Below, piece after piece: positions 39,581 through 50,555 of a stretch of 64,000 bases of DNA. The position numbers and the translations under genes are program-made. Position 1 is the first letter of the stretch, and every line of letters begins with the position of its first letter. The notes beneath the pieces are model-generated. The model was given only the letters and a program-made list of their open reading frames with translations. It was not told where the DNA came from and made no database searches. The stretch comes from an uncultured delta proteobacterium (lineage in GTDB: Bacteria > Desulfobacterota > Syntrophia > Syntrophales > Smithellaceae), in NCBI GenBank assembly GCA_963753975.1, contig CAVWEH010000002.1:192001-256000 (forward strand). Direction: 5' to 3'.

Positions 39581-39609
39581 TTGACATATATGTACCATTT
39601 TCATATAGT
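39581..39609 (+). promoter_or_regulatory. Putative sigma70 promoter of the pilT-like gene
   Basis: TTGACA-N17-TATAGT. Confidence 0.55.
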
Positions 39610-39618
39610 TAGCTCACT

Positions 39619-40890
39619 ATGAATCAACGGTTCACAGATTTGATCCTTGCCGCCATCAAACAAAGGCTTTCCGACCTCCACATTACGGGAGGGTTTCCCT
39701 TAATTTTCCGCAGAGACGGCGTCATCCATTTCGATAAAAATATCAAATGGTCGCATACGGAAATAGACACCATGGTCAAAGAAATGCTCAGCGACCGGCA
39801 ACTGCAAACGCTCAGAAAAAGATGGTCTGTTGATTTCGCCCTTTCTTTCAACCATGTGCGTGTCAGAATCAATGCTTTTTATACAACCCGTGGGTTGAGT
39901 CTTGCTATACGACTGCTTCCGGAAACGATTCCTGATTTAACTTCGCTCAACCTGCATCCATCGCTTAGCCAGATTGTGGAACTTCAATCCGGCCTTATCC
40001 TGGTTTGCGGAAGTACAGGCTCAGGCAAGTCGACCACCATTGCCGCCATCATCGAGGAAATTAACCGCACCAGGCCTGCGCACATCATAACAATTGAAGA
40101 TCCTATCGAATACAGGTTTAAACCTAAGAAATCTTTCATTGAACAGCGTGAAGTAGGCATTCACGTGCCGTCCTTCGATCAGGGACTTCTTGATGTATTG
40201 AGAGAAAATCCCGACGTTATTTTCGTCGGCGAATTAAGAGAGCCGGATACAATCAGGCTTACCCTCAACGCCGCGGAGTCCGGACACCTTGTCTTCGCTA
40301 CACTTCACGCTACCGACGCTGAAGATGCGGCTTATCGCATCAACAACTGTGTTACCGGTGAAAACCAGGATGTTATCCGCTACCAGTTTGCCTCGACGCT
40401 TTCTTGGCTTGTTGTTCAACAACTGACTTTTCTCAACAAAGTTGGTTTCAGGGTTCCCATGCTTTCCATACTTCGGACAACACCTTCTGTCCAGAGCAGC
40501 GTTCGCGAAAATAAATTGACCCAATTGGAAAATATCATGTCCACGAGCAAAAACGATGGTATGTTTACGATGAAGCTATATGAAAAAGAATTCATCAGTA
40601 ATCGTTCCTCATTTGTCCATCCTTATAAGAGTTTCGGCATGGGGGCGGATTCTTCCAAGGAAAATGATTATGTTTCTTCGCTTATCGACCCCAATGCCGT
40701 TCAGGATGTAATTTATATGTCCTCGGTAGATGACGCCTATAAAGCCGACGGCGCCGCAAAATTGGCCGGTGATGACGATGAGCAACGTTATGTAATCCTG
40801 GAAGACCATGACATGGATCTGAAAGACCTTCTTGCCCAATACGATGAATCGAAAGAAGAAAAGATAGAGAAAAAGCGCCCGAAAAAATAG
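39619..40890 (+). CDS. pilT: PilT/PilU-family type IV pilus retraction ATPase with acidic C-terminal tail
   Basis: SDLHIT, GSTGSGKSTT, TIEDPIE, LRENPDVIFVGELR, GHLVFATLH. Confidence 0.88.
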   Translation: MNQRFTDLILAAIKQRLSDLHITGGFPLIFRRDGVIHFDKNIKWSHTEIDTMVKEMLSDRQLQTLRKRWSVDFALSFNHVRVRINAFYTTRGLSLAIRLLPETIPDLTSLNLHPSLSQIVELQSGLILVCGSTGSGKSTTIAAIIEEINRTRPAHIITIEDPIEYRFKPKKSFIEQREVGIHVPSFDQGLLDVLRENPDVIFVGELREPDTIRLTLNAAESGHLVFATLHATDAEDAAYRINNCVTGENQDVIRYQFASTLSWLVVQQLTFLNKVGFRVPMLSILRTTPSVQSSVRENKLTQLENIMSTSKNDGMFTMKLYEKEFISNRSSFVHPYKSFGMGADSSKENDYVSSLIDPNAVQDVIYMSSVDDAYKADGAAKLAGDDDEQRYVILEDHDMDLKDLLAQYDESKEEKIEKKRPKK

Positions 40891-40971
40891 TATAACGCGG
40901 ACGCAACGCACCGGGCGACATCCCCGAAGAACTACCAATTTGTAATAAATTACAAGACCATGCGCACTTAT

Positions 40972-41019
40972 ATAAAGCAGCGATATAAGCCCGGTCGGGG
41001 TTTACTGACTTGTTCTACC
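40972..41019 (-). other. Short degenerate attC-like site of the solo zinc-ribbon cassette
   Basis: Minus strand GGTAGAAC-AAGTC-AGTAAAC-CCCGACCGGG-CTTAT...; complementary to GTTCTACC upstream of the gene. Confidence 0.5.
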
Positions 41020-41036
41020 GGTAGATCATTTCATAG

Positions 41037-41363
41037 TTATTCAATTAACTTGTAATACTCCTTGATTGTACGAATGGAATCCATCGTAGCTTGGAACAAT
41101 ATCCAACTAAGAACAAGGATTACTACAGTAAGTCCGATCTTCCATGCTCGCGTCGTTTGTGGACGCCACCAAATCAGGGGCAACGCCAGAGGCCCCACTG
41201 AACAGACTGCGATGATAATAAATGATTTTCGGAAATACCATGGAATCTTTTCTTCTGGAAGGCGTGGGGGGGTGGAGGCATCCAAAAACTCACCGCAGTG
41301 TTTACACTTTATAGCGTTGTCTTGAATATCTTCAGCACAAAAGGGACATTTTCTCATTATCAT
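41037..41363 (-). CDS. Zinc-ribbon membrane protein
   Basis: KCPFCAE.I...AIKCKHCGE plus two TM segments. Confidence 0.8.
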   Translation of the reverse strand: MIMRKCPFCAEDIQDNAIKCKHCGEFLDASTPPRLPEEKIPWYFRKSFIIIAVCSVGPLALPLIWWRPQTTRAWKIGLTVVILVLSWILFQATMDSIRTIKEYYKLIE

Positions 41364-41439
41364 CTCTCTTGGTAGAACAATGTTTATATGTATTTCATAT
41401 CATGGGTATGACCACTGATTTCGCAGTACACTACTCAGT

Positions 41440-41594
41440 ATCATACCCCTGCTTATGCCGGGGTTCCCTGCCGGGTTTTACCTGCGGCATTTCAGTTTCG
41501 CGAACCACAGGTATTTATGAAATCCTCCGCCTATGGCGGGATTAATTCGACTTACAGATTTCAGCGCACTTCGTTTTTGAAATTTGAGTTTCAC
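41440..41594. repeat. Cluster of palindromic REP/MITE-like elements (family B)
   Basis: ATACCCCTGCTTAT.., CCTCCGCCTATGGCGGGAT and TTTCAGCGCACTTCGTTTTTGAAATTTGAGTTTCAC resemble 20870-20955, 28690-28743 and 55318-55392. Confidence 0.7.
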
Positions 41595-41741
41595 AAATAA
41601 AAACCGAAGCATCGCAAATTTACGGTATAACACCCCGAAGAAATACTCTAGATTTTAGTACCTAACCATTCTTTTTATAACATTACCAATGAATTTCTGA
41701 ATAAGCGTTAACATATTTTTTTAGTTGAAACATATTCTAAT

Positions 41742-43106
41742 CTATTCCACACCCAATTTTTCCATACGGTAGCGCAGGGAATCAAAGGTAACGTGCAAAA
41801 GTTCCGCAGCTTTTGTTTTTGAGCCTTTAGTTTTTTGCAAAGCTTTTTCGATCATTCTTTTCTCTATTTTTCCCAGTTCCGCGTTTAAGTCTATTCCCAC
41901 GTCTGTAATACCGACATCAAAATTTTGTACGCCGGAGGAGGTATTGGCTGCTAATACTAAATTTTCCGGCAAGATTATATTGGAACTTTCCATGGCTACG
42001 CCGCGTTCGATGATATTTTCCAATTCACGGATATTTCCAGGAAAGGCATAATCCATCAACAACTCCATCGCATATGAAGAGATTGTTCTTATTTCCTTGC
42101 CGAATTCTTTTGCATATTTCTCAATAAAATGCTTTGTCAGAAGAGGTATATCATCTTTTCTCTCTCTCAGCGGCGGCATGTGAATAGGAATAACATTCAA
42201 CCGAAAATAAAGATCCTCCCGAAATTCTCCCTTTTTAACTTTTTCTTCCAGATTTTGATTGGTAGCGGAAATTATCCGCACATCAACTTTGATATCCTCT
42301 GCGCCGCCAATGCGCCGAAAGGTTTTTTCCTGAACTATGCGTAAGAGTTTTACTTGAAGTACAGGAGGTAACTCACCGATTTCATCCAGAAATATTGTAC
42401 CGGCTTTTGTCATTTCGAAAAGTCCCGGCTTATCCGCGTATGCACCAGTAAAGGAGCCCTTCATATACCCGAAAAGCTCGCTTTCCAGTAAATTTTCCGG
42501 TATTCCGCCGCTGTTAATGGCGTTAAAAGGCATTTTAGAACGCGGAGAGTTTTTATGAATTGCGCGCGCAACCAGTTCTTTACCTGTTCCACTTTCTCCC
42601 AAGATCAAAATATTTGCCGGCGTGTCTGCTACTTTTCTGATTGTCGCAAATATTTTCATCATTTCCCGGCTTGTTCCAATCATTCCGCCAAATGTTGTAT
42701 CTTCAGCTTGCTCTTTTTTTACAGCCAGATTTTCGGTCAATAATCCCTTTTTTACCAAAGCGGCGTGCACGATCTTTTTTAGTTCTTCAATACTGCCTCC
42801 TTTTTCCACATAATCATAAGCGCCTTCCTTCATTGCATTTACTGCCGTTTCTCCTGAAGCATAAGCGGTAATAAGTATTACTATTGTTTCCGGTTTTTTA
42901 TCCTTAATGGTTTTAAGAAGCTCAATGCCGTCAATTTTAGGCATTCGCAAATCAGTAATAACCAGATCAAAGTCTTTTTTGTTACAGAGAATGATCGCTT
43001 TGGAGGGGTCTTCGGCGCAGGTTACATTATAGCCTTCTTTCGTTAACATTATTTCCATAAATTCTCTCATGCCTTGATCATCATCAACAACCAAAATTCT
43101 GGCCAT
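41742..43106 (-). CDS. pilR: Sigma54-dependent response regulator (PilR-like)
   Basis: Receiver domain, GESGTGKE, ESELFG..KGSFTGA, HTH; downstream of a PilS-like kinase. Confidence 0.85.
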   Translation of the reverse strand: MARILVVDDDQGMREFMEIMLTKEGYNVTCAEDPSKAIILCNKKDFDLVITDLRMPKIDGIELLKTIKDKKPETIVILITAYASGETAVNAMKEGAYDYVEKGGSIEELKKIVHAALVKKGLLTENLAVKKEQAEDTTFGGMIGTSREMMKIFATIRKVADTPANILILGESGTGKELVARAIHKNSPRSKMPFNAINSGGIPENLLESELFGYMKGSFTGAYADKPGLFEMTKAGTIFLDEIGELPPVLQVKLLRIVQEKTFRRIGGAEDIKVDVRIISATNQNLEEKVKKGEFREDLYFRLNVIPIHMPPLRERKDDIPLLTKHFIEKYAKEFGKEIRTISSYAMELLMDYAFPGNIRELENIIERGVAMESSNIILPENLVLAANTSSGVQNFDVGITDVGIDLNAELGKIEKRMIEKALQKTKGSKTKAAELLHVTFDSLRYRMEKLGVE

Positions 43107-43125
43107 ACCCTCACCTCAGTTTTAC

Positions 43126-44829
43126 CTATGTATTATATAAATTTGTTTGCTGAATATTTTCATCCTTTGCAGGCAGCCAAACCGTGCAACTTGTACCAAT
43201 ATTTATATTGCTCTCTATCTTTATTTTTCCACTGTAACCTTCAACGAGACGGCCGACTATCGTTAAACCTAAACCGGTTCCCTTATCTTTATTGGTAAAG
43301 AAAGGTTCAAATATTTTTCTCAAATTTGCTTGAGCAATGCCGCAACCGGTATCCTTAATTTTAATTTCAGCGTATTCCTTTTTATCGTCTAATTTTACCA
43401 ATGCAGTTTCGGCAGATAAAACGCCTCCTCTTTCCATTGCCTGAACAGCATTAAGAACAAGATTGTGAATAATTTGTCTAATTTGTCCTCTATTGGCAAA
43501 AATAGCTGCATTATCGGAAAATGCTTTCATAATTTTTATTTTACTCGACCATTCACTGGATAATTTCATGTTTTCGAGAACTTCTTCAGCAACCATGTTT
43601 ATGTCAACCAACTCCCTGGGCAAAGGAATGGGGCGCGCCAAGAGAAGAAAGTCCCGCACAAAGCTATCCAGTTGATTTTTGCCACGTAAAATGATCTGCA
43701 TCAGGCGCTTATCTGTTTCTTCTAAGTTCAACCCCTGCTTCAAAAGCTCAATTGAACCGGTTATCGATGCCAGTGGATTTCTCATTTCGTGCGCCAATCC
43801 CGCGGCCATTTCTCCGATTAAAGCCAATCTTTTACTTTTTTCGAGGTCCTCTTCCATCCGCCTAATTTCTGTGATGTCCTGAAAAATCAGGATATTCCCT
43901 ATTTGTTTTTCGTTTTTGTCCTTCAAGGGAGAAATCGAACAGCCCAGATGAATTTTTACCCCCTTTTCTCCCTTGATAATAGCTTCGATTCGGCTTTTGC
44001 TCTGTATATTAGCCTTCTGCGCTGAAAAAAAAGGCATAAATTCCGGGAAAAATTCCTCAATCTGTCTGTTTTCTATGTCCCGCAGGGGAAATCCGGTAAT
44101 CTCTTCGGCAGCTCGATTAAAAGTTTTTATTCGGCCTTGTAAATCTATCGTCATTACACCAGTGTCAACGGACTCAATTATACTGCGAAACAACAAGTCC
44201 AATTGCGCAAAAGCCGATTCTTTTTCTTGCAACAAATATCTTGTTTTCTTTTCTTGTTCGACAACAAAACTGGCTAAAAAGGCTATAATATAGAATGAGA
44301 CAATATGCACCAAAATGCGAATAAGAACATCTCCCGTGCTGACATTGTAATCATGGTCACCAAAGGAAATGGAGGGCATCCATCCGTAAAATTCGAGGTC
44401 TAAGAGCAGTCCATAAAATATGCAGGAGGCTGAGGCGACAATTAAAGCTCCTCTCCGGCCAAGGAAAATTACCGAATATATTATAACCAGCGTGTAAAGA
44501 AGTGAATAATTACTACGGAAGCTACCGGTGAAATAGACAAGGAGGGTAATAAGTACAATGTCTACGGTTAGCTGCAGGTAAATATTGAAGCGCAAATCTT
44601 TATTATATTTCAAGAGCAAGGCGTAAACAATTGAAATTATATAAGTTAAGGCGATAAGTGAATAAAGCAAATAAATGGTATTTGATGAAACCGGGAATCC
44701 CTGCTTCTTTATATCGATATAAACGGCAATTCCCAGAAACAGAGTAAGGATAATAACTCTGTATATGATTAAAAACCTTAACCGCCTTTTATCTTTTTCA
44801 TCTATGGAGACTTCTTTATACATCGCCAT
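43126..44829 (-). CDS. pilS: Sensor histidine kinase (PilS-like)
   Basis: Six-TM N-terminus, PAS domain, AHEMRNPLASI, GTGLGL. Confidence 0.85.
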   Translation of the reverse strand: MAMYKEVSIDEKDKRRLRFLIIYRVIILTLFLGIAVYIDIKKQGFPVSSNTIYLLYSLIALTYIISIVYALLLKYNKDLRFNIYLQLTVDIVLITLLVYFTGSFRSNYSLLYTLVIIYSVIFLGRRGALIVASASCIFYGLLLDLEFYGWMPSISFGDHDYNVSTGDVLIRILVHIVSFYIIAFLASFVVEQEKKTRYLLQEKESAFAQLDLLFRSIIESVDTGVMTIDLQGRIKTFNRAAEEITGFPLRDIENRQIEEFFPEFMPFFSAQKANIQSKSRIEAIIKGEKGVKIHLGCSISPLKDKNEKQIGNILIFQDITEIRRMEEDLEKSKRLALIGEMAAGLAHEMRNPLASITGSIELLKQGLNLEETDKRLMQIILRGKNQLDSFVRDFLLLARPIPLPRELVDINMVAEEVLENMKLSSEWSSKIKIMKAFSDNAAIFANRGQIRQIIHNLVLNAVQAMERGGVLSAETALVKLDDKKEYAEIKIKDTGCGIAQANLRKIFEPFFTNKDKGTGLGLTIVGRLVEGYSGKIKIESNINIGTSCTVWLPAKDENIQQTNLYNT

Positions 44830-44939
44830 CTTCTCAATTCTTTTTGGGGGCTACAATTTCAAGATCATGCTATAATATTTTAGTAAATTTGGCTAATGAA
44901 TTTGAATTCTTTTTTTAAAAAAAGAGATACTAAAAAAAT

Positions 44940-47420
44940 ATGCGTGGACCGTTAATTTATCCTTTAATCGCTCTAATTGGCGGCATCATCAGCGGTTACT
45001 ATTTGGCCATCCCCGTATATTTGCTGTTCGGGGGAATCATAGTAATACTTATCTCTCTTTTTCTGACCATCATAAAAAAATGGATTACAGCAAGCTTCCT
45101 TTTAATCATCAGTTTTACGTTCCTGCTAGGTTATTTTGATATCCAAAAGCGTTTCTATTTAACTCAATCGAATGAACATATAAGCCGCTATATCGGTGCA
45201 GGCAAATTAGTTCTCGAAGGCGTTGCCGTCGAGAATCCCTTCGTTCGCCCCGACAAAACGGTTTTATTTGTTCGCTGTCAGCGCATTTTCAACGGTAAAT
45301 CGTATATTCCGGTTACAGGCGATATTCGCCTCGTAATTCCGTCTGCTTTGAACTTTCAGTATGGTGACTATATTCGATTTTATAGTATCCTGAAAAAAAT
45401 AGAAAGCTTTCAAAATCCCGGAGGTTTTAATTATGAACGCTATATGAATCTCCATGGTGTTTATGCCACCGGGTTCGTTGCTAATAATTCACAAATTGTA
45501 CTTGTAAGGAAAAATGCCGCCAGCGGCATCAGATTAAAACTGGAAATATTCAGACTTTATTTAAAACGCTTAATTTATCAAAACGCTTCCACTCCACAAA
45601 GAGAAATCATTGAAGCCATGACTATCGGAAATCAAAACGCGATTCCAACTGAAGTACGAGATAATTTTAACAAGACCGGAACGTCTCATATTCTATCTAT
45701 TTCGGGTCTGCACATCGGAATGGTTGCCGCTACTACCTTTTTCATTATTTCGCTGATTTTAAAGAGTTCTGAATATCTGATGCTGAGATTTAATATTATC
45801 AAGTTAGCCTCGGCAGGAGCTTTTTTAATGATTTTAATTTATGCTCTGATCGCGGGAATGAGTGTTACCGTAGTTCGTTCAGCTCTCATGGCGCTTGTCT
45901 TCTTATGCGCATTGTTTCTGGACAAACAAAAAGACATTTTCAACGTCCTTGCACTTACGGCATTAATTATCTTGGTCGTTTCACCTGAGGCTCTCTTCGA
46001 TATTTCATTTCAGCTTTCCTTTATGTCGGTTCTGGCGATCATTTATATTGTTCCACGTTTTAGCAGTTTCTCTTTTTCGTTGTTGGCAGAATTGCCTCTC
46101 TGGCGGCAAAAAATAATACAGCATATATCTTTATCAATTCTTGTATGTATTGCTGCTACACTGGGCACTATTCCTCTGATAGTTTTCTACTTCAACCGCG
46201 TCTCCTCAATAACCATTATTGCCAATCTCATATCTGTACCACTATTGGGAACAATCGCACTGGTATTTTGCATGGCTTTTATTCTTTGCGCGTTTTTTTC
46301 TCCAATTATCGCCGGTTTCTTTATCAAAATAGCTTCCTTCTTTGTTCAAATCTCTGTCGATGTTATCAATTATCTTGCTTCACTATCGTGGTCGGCTTTT
46401 AGTTTTACCAAGCCCAGTATTGCTGAGATTGTTATTTTTTATCTTTTAATTTTTTTCTCATTGCGCTTTATTGATTCACGCAATATCAACGGGATCAGAA
46501 AAAATTTTCCGGATCGTTATCCGCTATTTTTAAAATTTATTTTAATAACTTTAATTGTCTTTTTTCTTGCTGATGTCGTTTATCTATGGAGCAAGGACAA
46601 ATTTTCCAGCGAGTTACGGGTAACAGCAATAGATGTGGGACAAGGTTCTGCAATTCTAGTGCGCTTTCCGGGAGGCAAAAACATGCTGATTGATGGTGGT
46701 GGTTTTCCCGATAGTTCTTTTGATATGGGCAAGCTTGTTATCGCTCCTTTTCTATATCACGAAAGAATCAGCACTATTGACACGGTGGTTCTTACCCATC
46801 CGCATCCCGACCATATCCAGGGCCTTCTCTACATTACTGAAAATTTTAACGTACGGGATGTGTGGAGTACGGGACAGCTATCGGAAGACGAAATTTTTCA
46901 GCAGTGGCAAAAGATAATTGCGCAGAAAAAAATTAAAATGAATTTTCTGTCGGCACAATCACCCACCGCAAAAATAAATGGTGCACAATTGAATGTTTTA
47001 TGGCCTTTGCAGCCTATTTCCGTAAATGCCAGTGATTTATCTGCTAGCGATGTTAATGATGATTCGCTTGTACTAAAAATAAAATATGGGAATGTGAGTT
47101 TTCTCTTCCCTGCCGATATAACCTCCTCCGTGGAAAGTTCCTTAATTAAATCAAAACGCGATTTACATAGCGATGTTTTATTCGTCCCCCATCATGGTTC
47201 CTTCAGTTCCAGCAGCATCGACTTTATTAAAAAAGTATCATGCCGCTATGCCGTAATTAGTGCCGGGAAAGCGAATGTTTTTCATCATCCCCATCAACGC
47301 ACCTTGGATCGATATAAATCTTTTTCGGTTAACCTTCTCCGTACGGATAAAAACGGTGCGATAACACTAACAACCGATGGTACAACTTTGCAGGTTAATA
47401 CTTTTCTAGAAAGCAGATAA
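44940..47420 (+). CDS. comEC: DNA internalization competence protein ComEC/Rec2
   Basis: HILSISGLH competence domain, DVGQG, THPHPDH and HHGS metallo-beta-lactamase domain. Confidence 0.95.
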   Translation: MRGPLIYPLIALIGGIISGYYLAIPVYLLFGGIIVILISLFLTIIKKWITASFLLIISFTFLLGYFDIQKRFYLTQSNEHISRYIGAGKLVLEGVAVENPFVRPDKTVLFVRCQRIFNGKSYIPVTGDIRLVIPSALNFQYGDYIRFYSILKKIESFQNPGGFNYERYMNLHGVYATGFVANNSQIVLVRKNAASGIRLKLEIFRLYLKRLIYQNASTPQREIIEAMTIGNQNAIPTEVRDNFNKTGTSHILSISGLHIGMVAATTFFIISLILKSSEYLMLRFNIIKLASAGAFLMILIYALIAGMSVTVVRSALMALVFLCALFLDKQKDIFNVLALTALIILVVSPEALFDISFQLSFMSVLAIIYIVPRFSSFSFSLLAELPLWRQKIIQHISLSILVCIAATLGTIPLIVFYFNRVSSITIIANLISVPLLGTIALVFCMAFILCAFFSPIIAGFFIKIASFFVQISVDVINYLASLSWSAFSFTKPSIAEIVIFYLLIFFSLRFIDSRNINGIRKNFPDRYPLFLKFILITLIVFFLADVVYLWSKDKFSSELRVTAIDVGQGSAILVRFPGGKNMLIDGGGFPDSSFDMGKLVIAPFLYHERISTIDTVVLTHPHPDHIQGLLYITENFNVRDVWSTGQLSEDEIFQQWQKIIAQKKIKMNFLSAQSPTAKINGAQLNVLWPLQPISVNASDLSASDVNDDSLVLKIKYGNVSFLFPADITSSVESSLIKSKRDLHSDVLFVPHHGSFSSSSIDFIKKVSCRYAVISAGKANVFHHPHQRTLDRYKSFSVNLLRTDKNGAITLTTDGTTLQVNTFLESR

Positions 47421-47501
47421 GTACTCGCCTTTAAAACATTTTTTTTCATTGCGAACACGCATACTGTATGCTATGTAATTCCGTTATTCTGGTCATAATT
47501 T

Positions 47502-48767
47502 ATGGAAAAAATTACTGCAATAAAAGGCATTAAAGATATATTGCCGGAACATGCTCCGGCTTGGAATCATATCGAATCAATCGCTCGTCAGGTATTTGGC
47601 TCTTTCGGCTTCCGCGAAATTCGTGTCCCGATTATGGAAAAAACTGAATTATTTAAAAGAAGTATCGGGGAAACAACGGATATCGTCGAAAAAGAAATGT
47701 ACACTTTTCGTGATCGCGATGATGAACTCTTAACATTGCGCCCTGAAGCTACAGCTTCCGTGATCCGCGCCTATATCGAACATAATATGCACTCTTTTGA
47801 CCAGATTACAAAACTCTATACAATGGGGCCAATGTTCCGGCGGGAAAGACCGCAGAAAGGCCGTTTCCGTCAATTTCACCAGATTGACGTTGAGTTATTC
47901 GGCGATGAGAAGCCTCAATCCGACGCGGAAGTTATTTTCATGCTGATGCATTTTCTGCAATCAACGTCTATTGAAGGTTTATCTCTGGAAATTAATTCTC
48001 TGGGCTGTAAGACTTGCCGGCCGGGTTTTTCGCAAGCTATCGTCAATTATTTAAAAGGATCGGAAAAAGCTCTTTGTCCCGATTGTCAAAGACGTATGAA
48101 TACCAATCCTTTGCGGGTATTTGACTGTAAGGTAGAAACCTGTAATTCAGTCATTGCCAATGCCCCTCAGATTCTTGACTATTTGTGCCATGGCTGCAAG
48201 GAACATTTTATTCAGGTAAAATCATATTTGACTGATTTGAATATTGCATTACGGCATTAATCCGAAAATGGTGCGCGGTTTGGATTATTATACCAGAACG
48301 GCTTTTGAAGTTAAATCAGGTTTGCTCGGAGCGCAAAATGCTCTGGCTGGCGGCGGCAGATATGACGGTCTGGTTCAGTTCCTTAGGCGGACCGGAAGTT
48401 GCCGGTATTGGATTTGCTATAGGTGTTGAACGTCTTCTTGTCTGCCTGTCTGATAATAAAAAAAATGTTTTCCAGACCGATTTATTTATTGCCGCCCTCG
48501 GCGAGCGTGCGCAAAAGATGGCCTTTCGGCTGACTTAACGAATTGCGCCGGGCCGGTATTTCCACGGAAATGGATTACAGCGACAAAAGCTTGAAAAGTC
48601 AGATGAAACGCGCCGATAAATTAAATGCTTTTTTCACACTGATTATCGGCGATAAAGAAATTGATGAAAAGTGCGTCGAGTTAAGAAATATGAACACTAA
48701 GAACCAGCAAGTTTTGCCGATGAACAACTTGCCGGAGGCAATAATTAAAATCATTAAGGAAAGGTAA
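47502..48767 (+). CDS. hisS: Histidine--tRNA ligase (apparent frameshifts near 48248, 48380 and 48536)
   Basis: [53 protein letters not shown] and anticodon domain, spread over four ORFs. Confidence 0.95.
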
Positions 48768-48773
48768 AATCTT

Positions 48774-50546
48774 TTGGCCAATTTTTTAACTACAGATAAA
48801 AGAACGCATTATTGCGGTGATTTGAACATTTCCCATGCGGCAAAGAAGTAATTTTAATGGGCTGGGCGCATCGCCGGAGGGATCACGGCGGTGTTATTTT
48901 TGTCGATTTGCGTGATCGCGAAGGAATGGTTCAGATCGTTTTCAATCCCGATTCCGGTGAGGCTGTTCATGGAGAAGCGCATAAAATCCGCAATGAATTT
49001 GTCCTGGCGGTAAAAGGAAGTGTACACAAAAGGCCGCAAGGCATGGAAAATCCCGCCCTGAAAACAGGTGAAATCGAAGTCATCGTCTCGGAATTGGAAA
49101 TAATGAATGAATCCAAAACACCGCCATTTTCTTTTGACGAGGAAGATATATCGGAAAACGTACGTCTTAAATACCGCTATCTGGATTTACGCCGTCCGGC
49201 GCTCCAGAAAAATTTGTTTTTGCGCAGCAAGCTGGCCGCCGCTACGCGCAATTACTTCGATAAAAACGGTTTTATCGAAGTGGAAACGCCATTTCTCACA
49301 AAAAGCACTCCGGAAGGCGCTCGCGATTACCTCGTTCCCAGTCGAATCTACAAAGGGATGTTTTATGCCCTGCCGCAATCGCCACAGATTTTTAAGCAAT
49401 TACTGATGGTTTCCGGCTTTGACCGTTATTATCAAATTGTGAAATGTTTCCGTGATGAAGATTTACGCGCCGACCGCCAACCGGAATTCACGCAAATCGA
49501 TGTCGAAATGTCCTTCATCACCGAAGAAGATATTATTAAAATTATGGAAGGATTGATGGCACAAATATTTAAGGTATGTCTGGACCATGAGCTCAAACTC
49601 CCCTTCCCCCGCCTTACCTATCACGACGCCGTCAGCCGCTATGGTAAAGACAACCCAGATACTGCGTTTCGGTATGGAACTGGTGAATATTACGCCGATA
49701 GTAAGTAATTCCGGCTTTAAGCTTTTCCAGGAAGTCGTCGCTGCGGGTGGAATTGTCAAAACGATAAAAGTGGAACAAGCTTCCGCCCTCTCACGCAAAG
49801 ACCTCGACGAGTTGAAGGATTATGTCGCCGTTTACGGCGCTAAGGGGCTCGCATGGGCGAGAATTAACGCTACCGACTGGACTTCCCCCGTTTACAAATT
49901 TTTACGGCCGGAAGAAATCGAGAAAATAAATAAAGCAATGAGCGCAAAAGAAAGTGATATTATTTTTTTTGTTGCCGATGTTCCCCGCGTGGTCAACGAT
50001 TCTCTCGGCAATTTGCGTCTGCACTTAGCGAAGAAGCTGAATTTATTTAAACCGGATGATTTAGCCTTCAGTTGGATTACCGAATTTCCGCTGATGGAAT
50101 ATTCCGATTCCGAAAAACGTTATGTCTCCATGCATCATCCTTTCACATCGCCTGTTCTGGCAGATGTTTCGTTACTGAATTCTCAGCCGGGTAAAGTTCG
50201 CGCCCGCGCTTACGACCTTGTGTTGAATGGTTCGGAAATAGGAGGCGGCAGTATTCGGATCCACAGAAGGGATTTACAGGCTCAAGTGTTCAAAGCTTTA
50301 GGTTTGAGCGATGACGAAGCCCGCGGTAAATTTGGTTTTCTTCTGGATGCTTTGGAATACGGCGCTCCGCCGCACGGAGGAATTGCCTTCGGCCTGGATA
50401 GACTCACTATGATTATGACTCACGCGGAATCAATCCGCGATGTTATTGCTTTTCCGAAGACACAAAAGGCGGCAGATCTCATGTCCGATGCTCCTTCTAA
50501 AGTCAGCATCGAACAACTGATGGAACTTTCCTTAAAAATTGTATAA
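48774..50546 (+). CDS. aspS: Aspartate--tRNA ligase, probably non-discriminating (apparent frameshifts near 48838 and 49660)
   Basis: [49 protein letters not shown]. Confidence 0.95.
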
Positions 50547-50555
50547 GCTAAACCT

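Noticed and set aside
47502..50546. Programmed frameshifting or true pseudogenisation of hisS/aspS
   Set aside because: Multiple scattered indels in essential genes with no shared slippery motif; assembly error is more parsimonious
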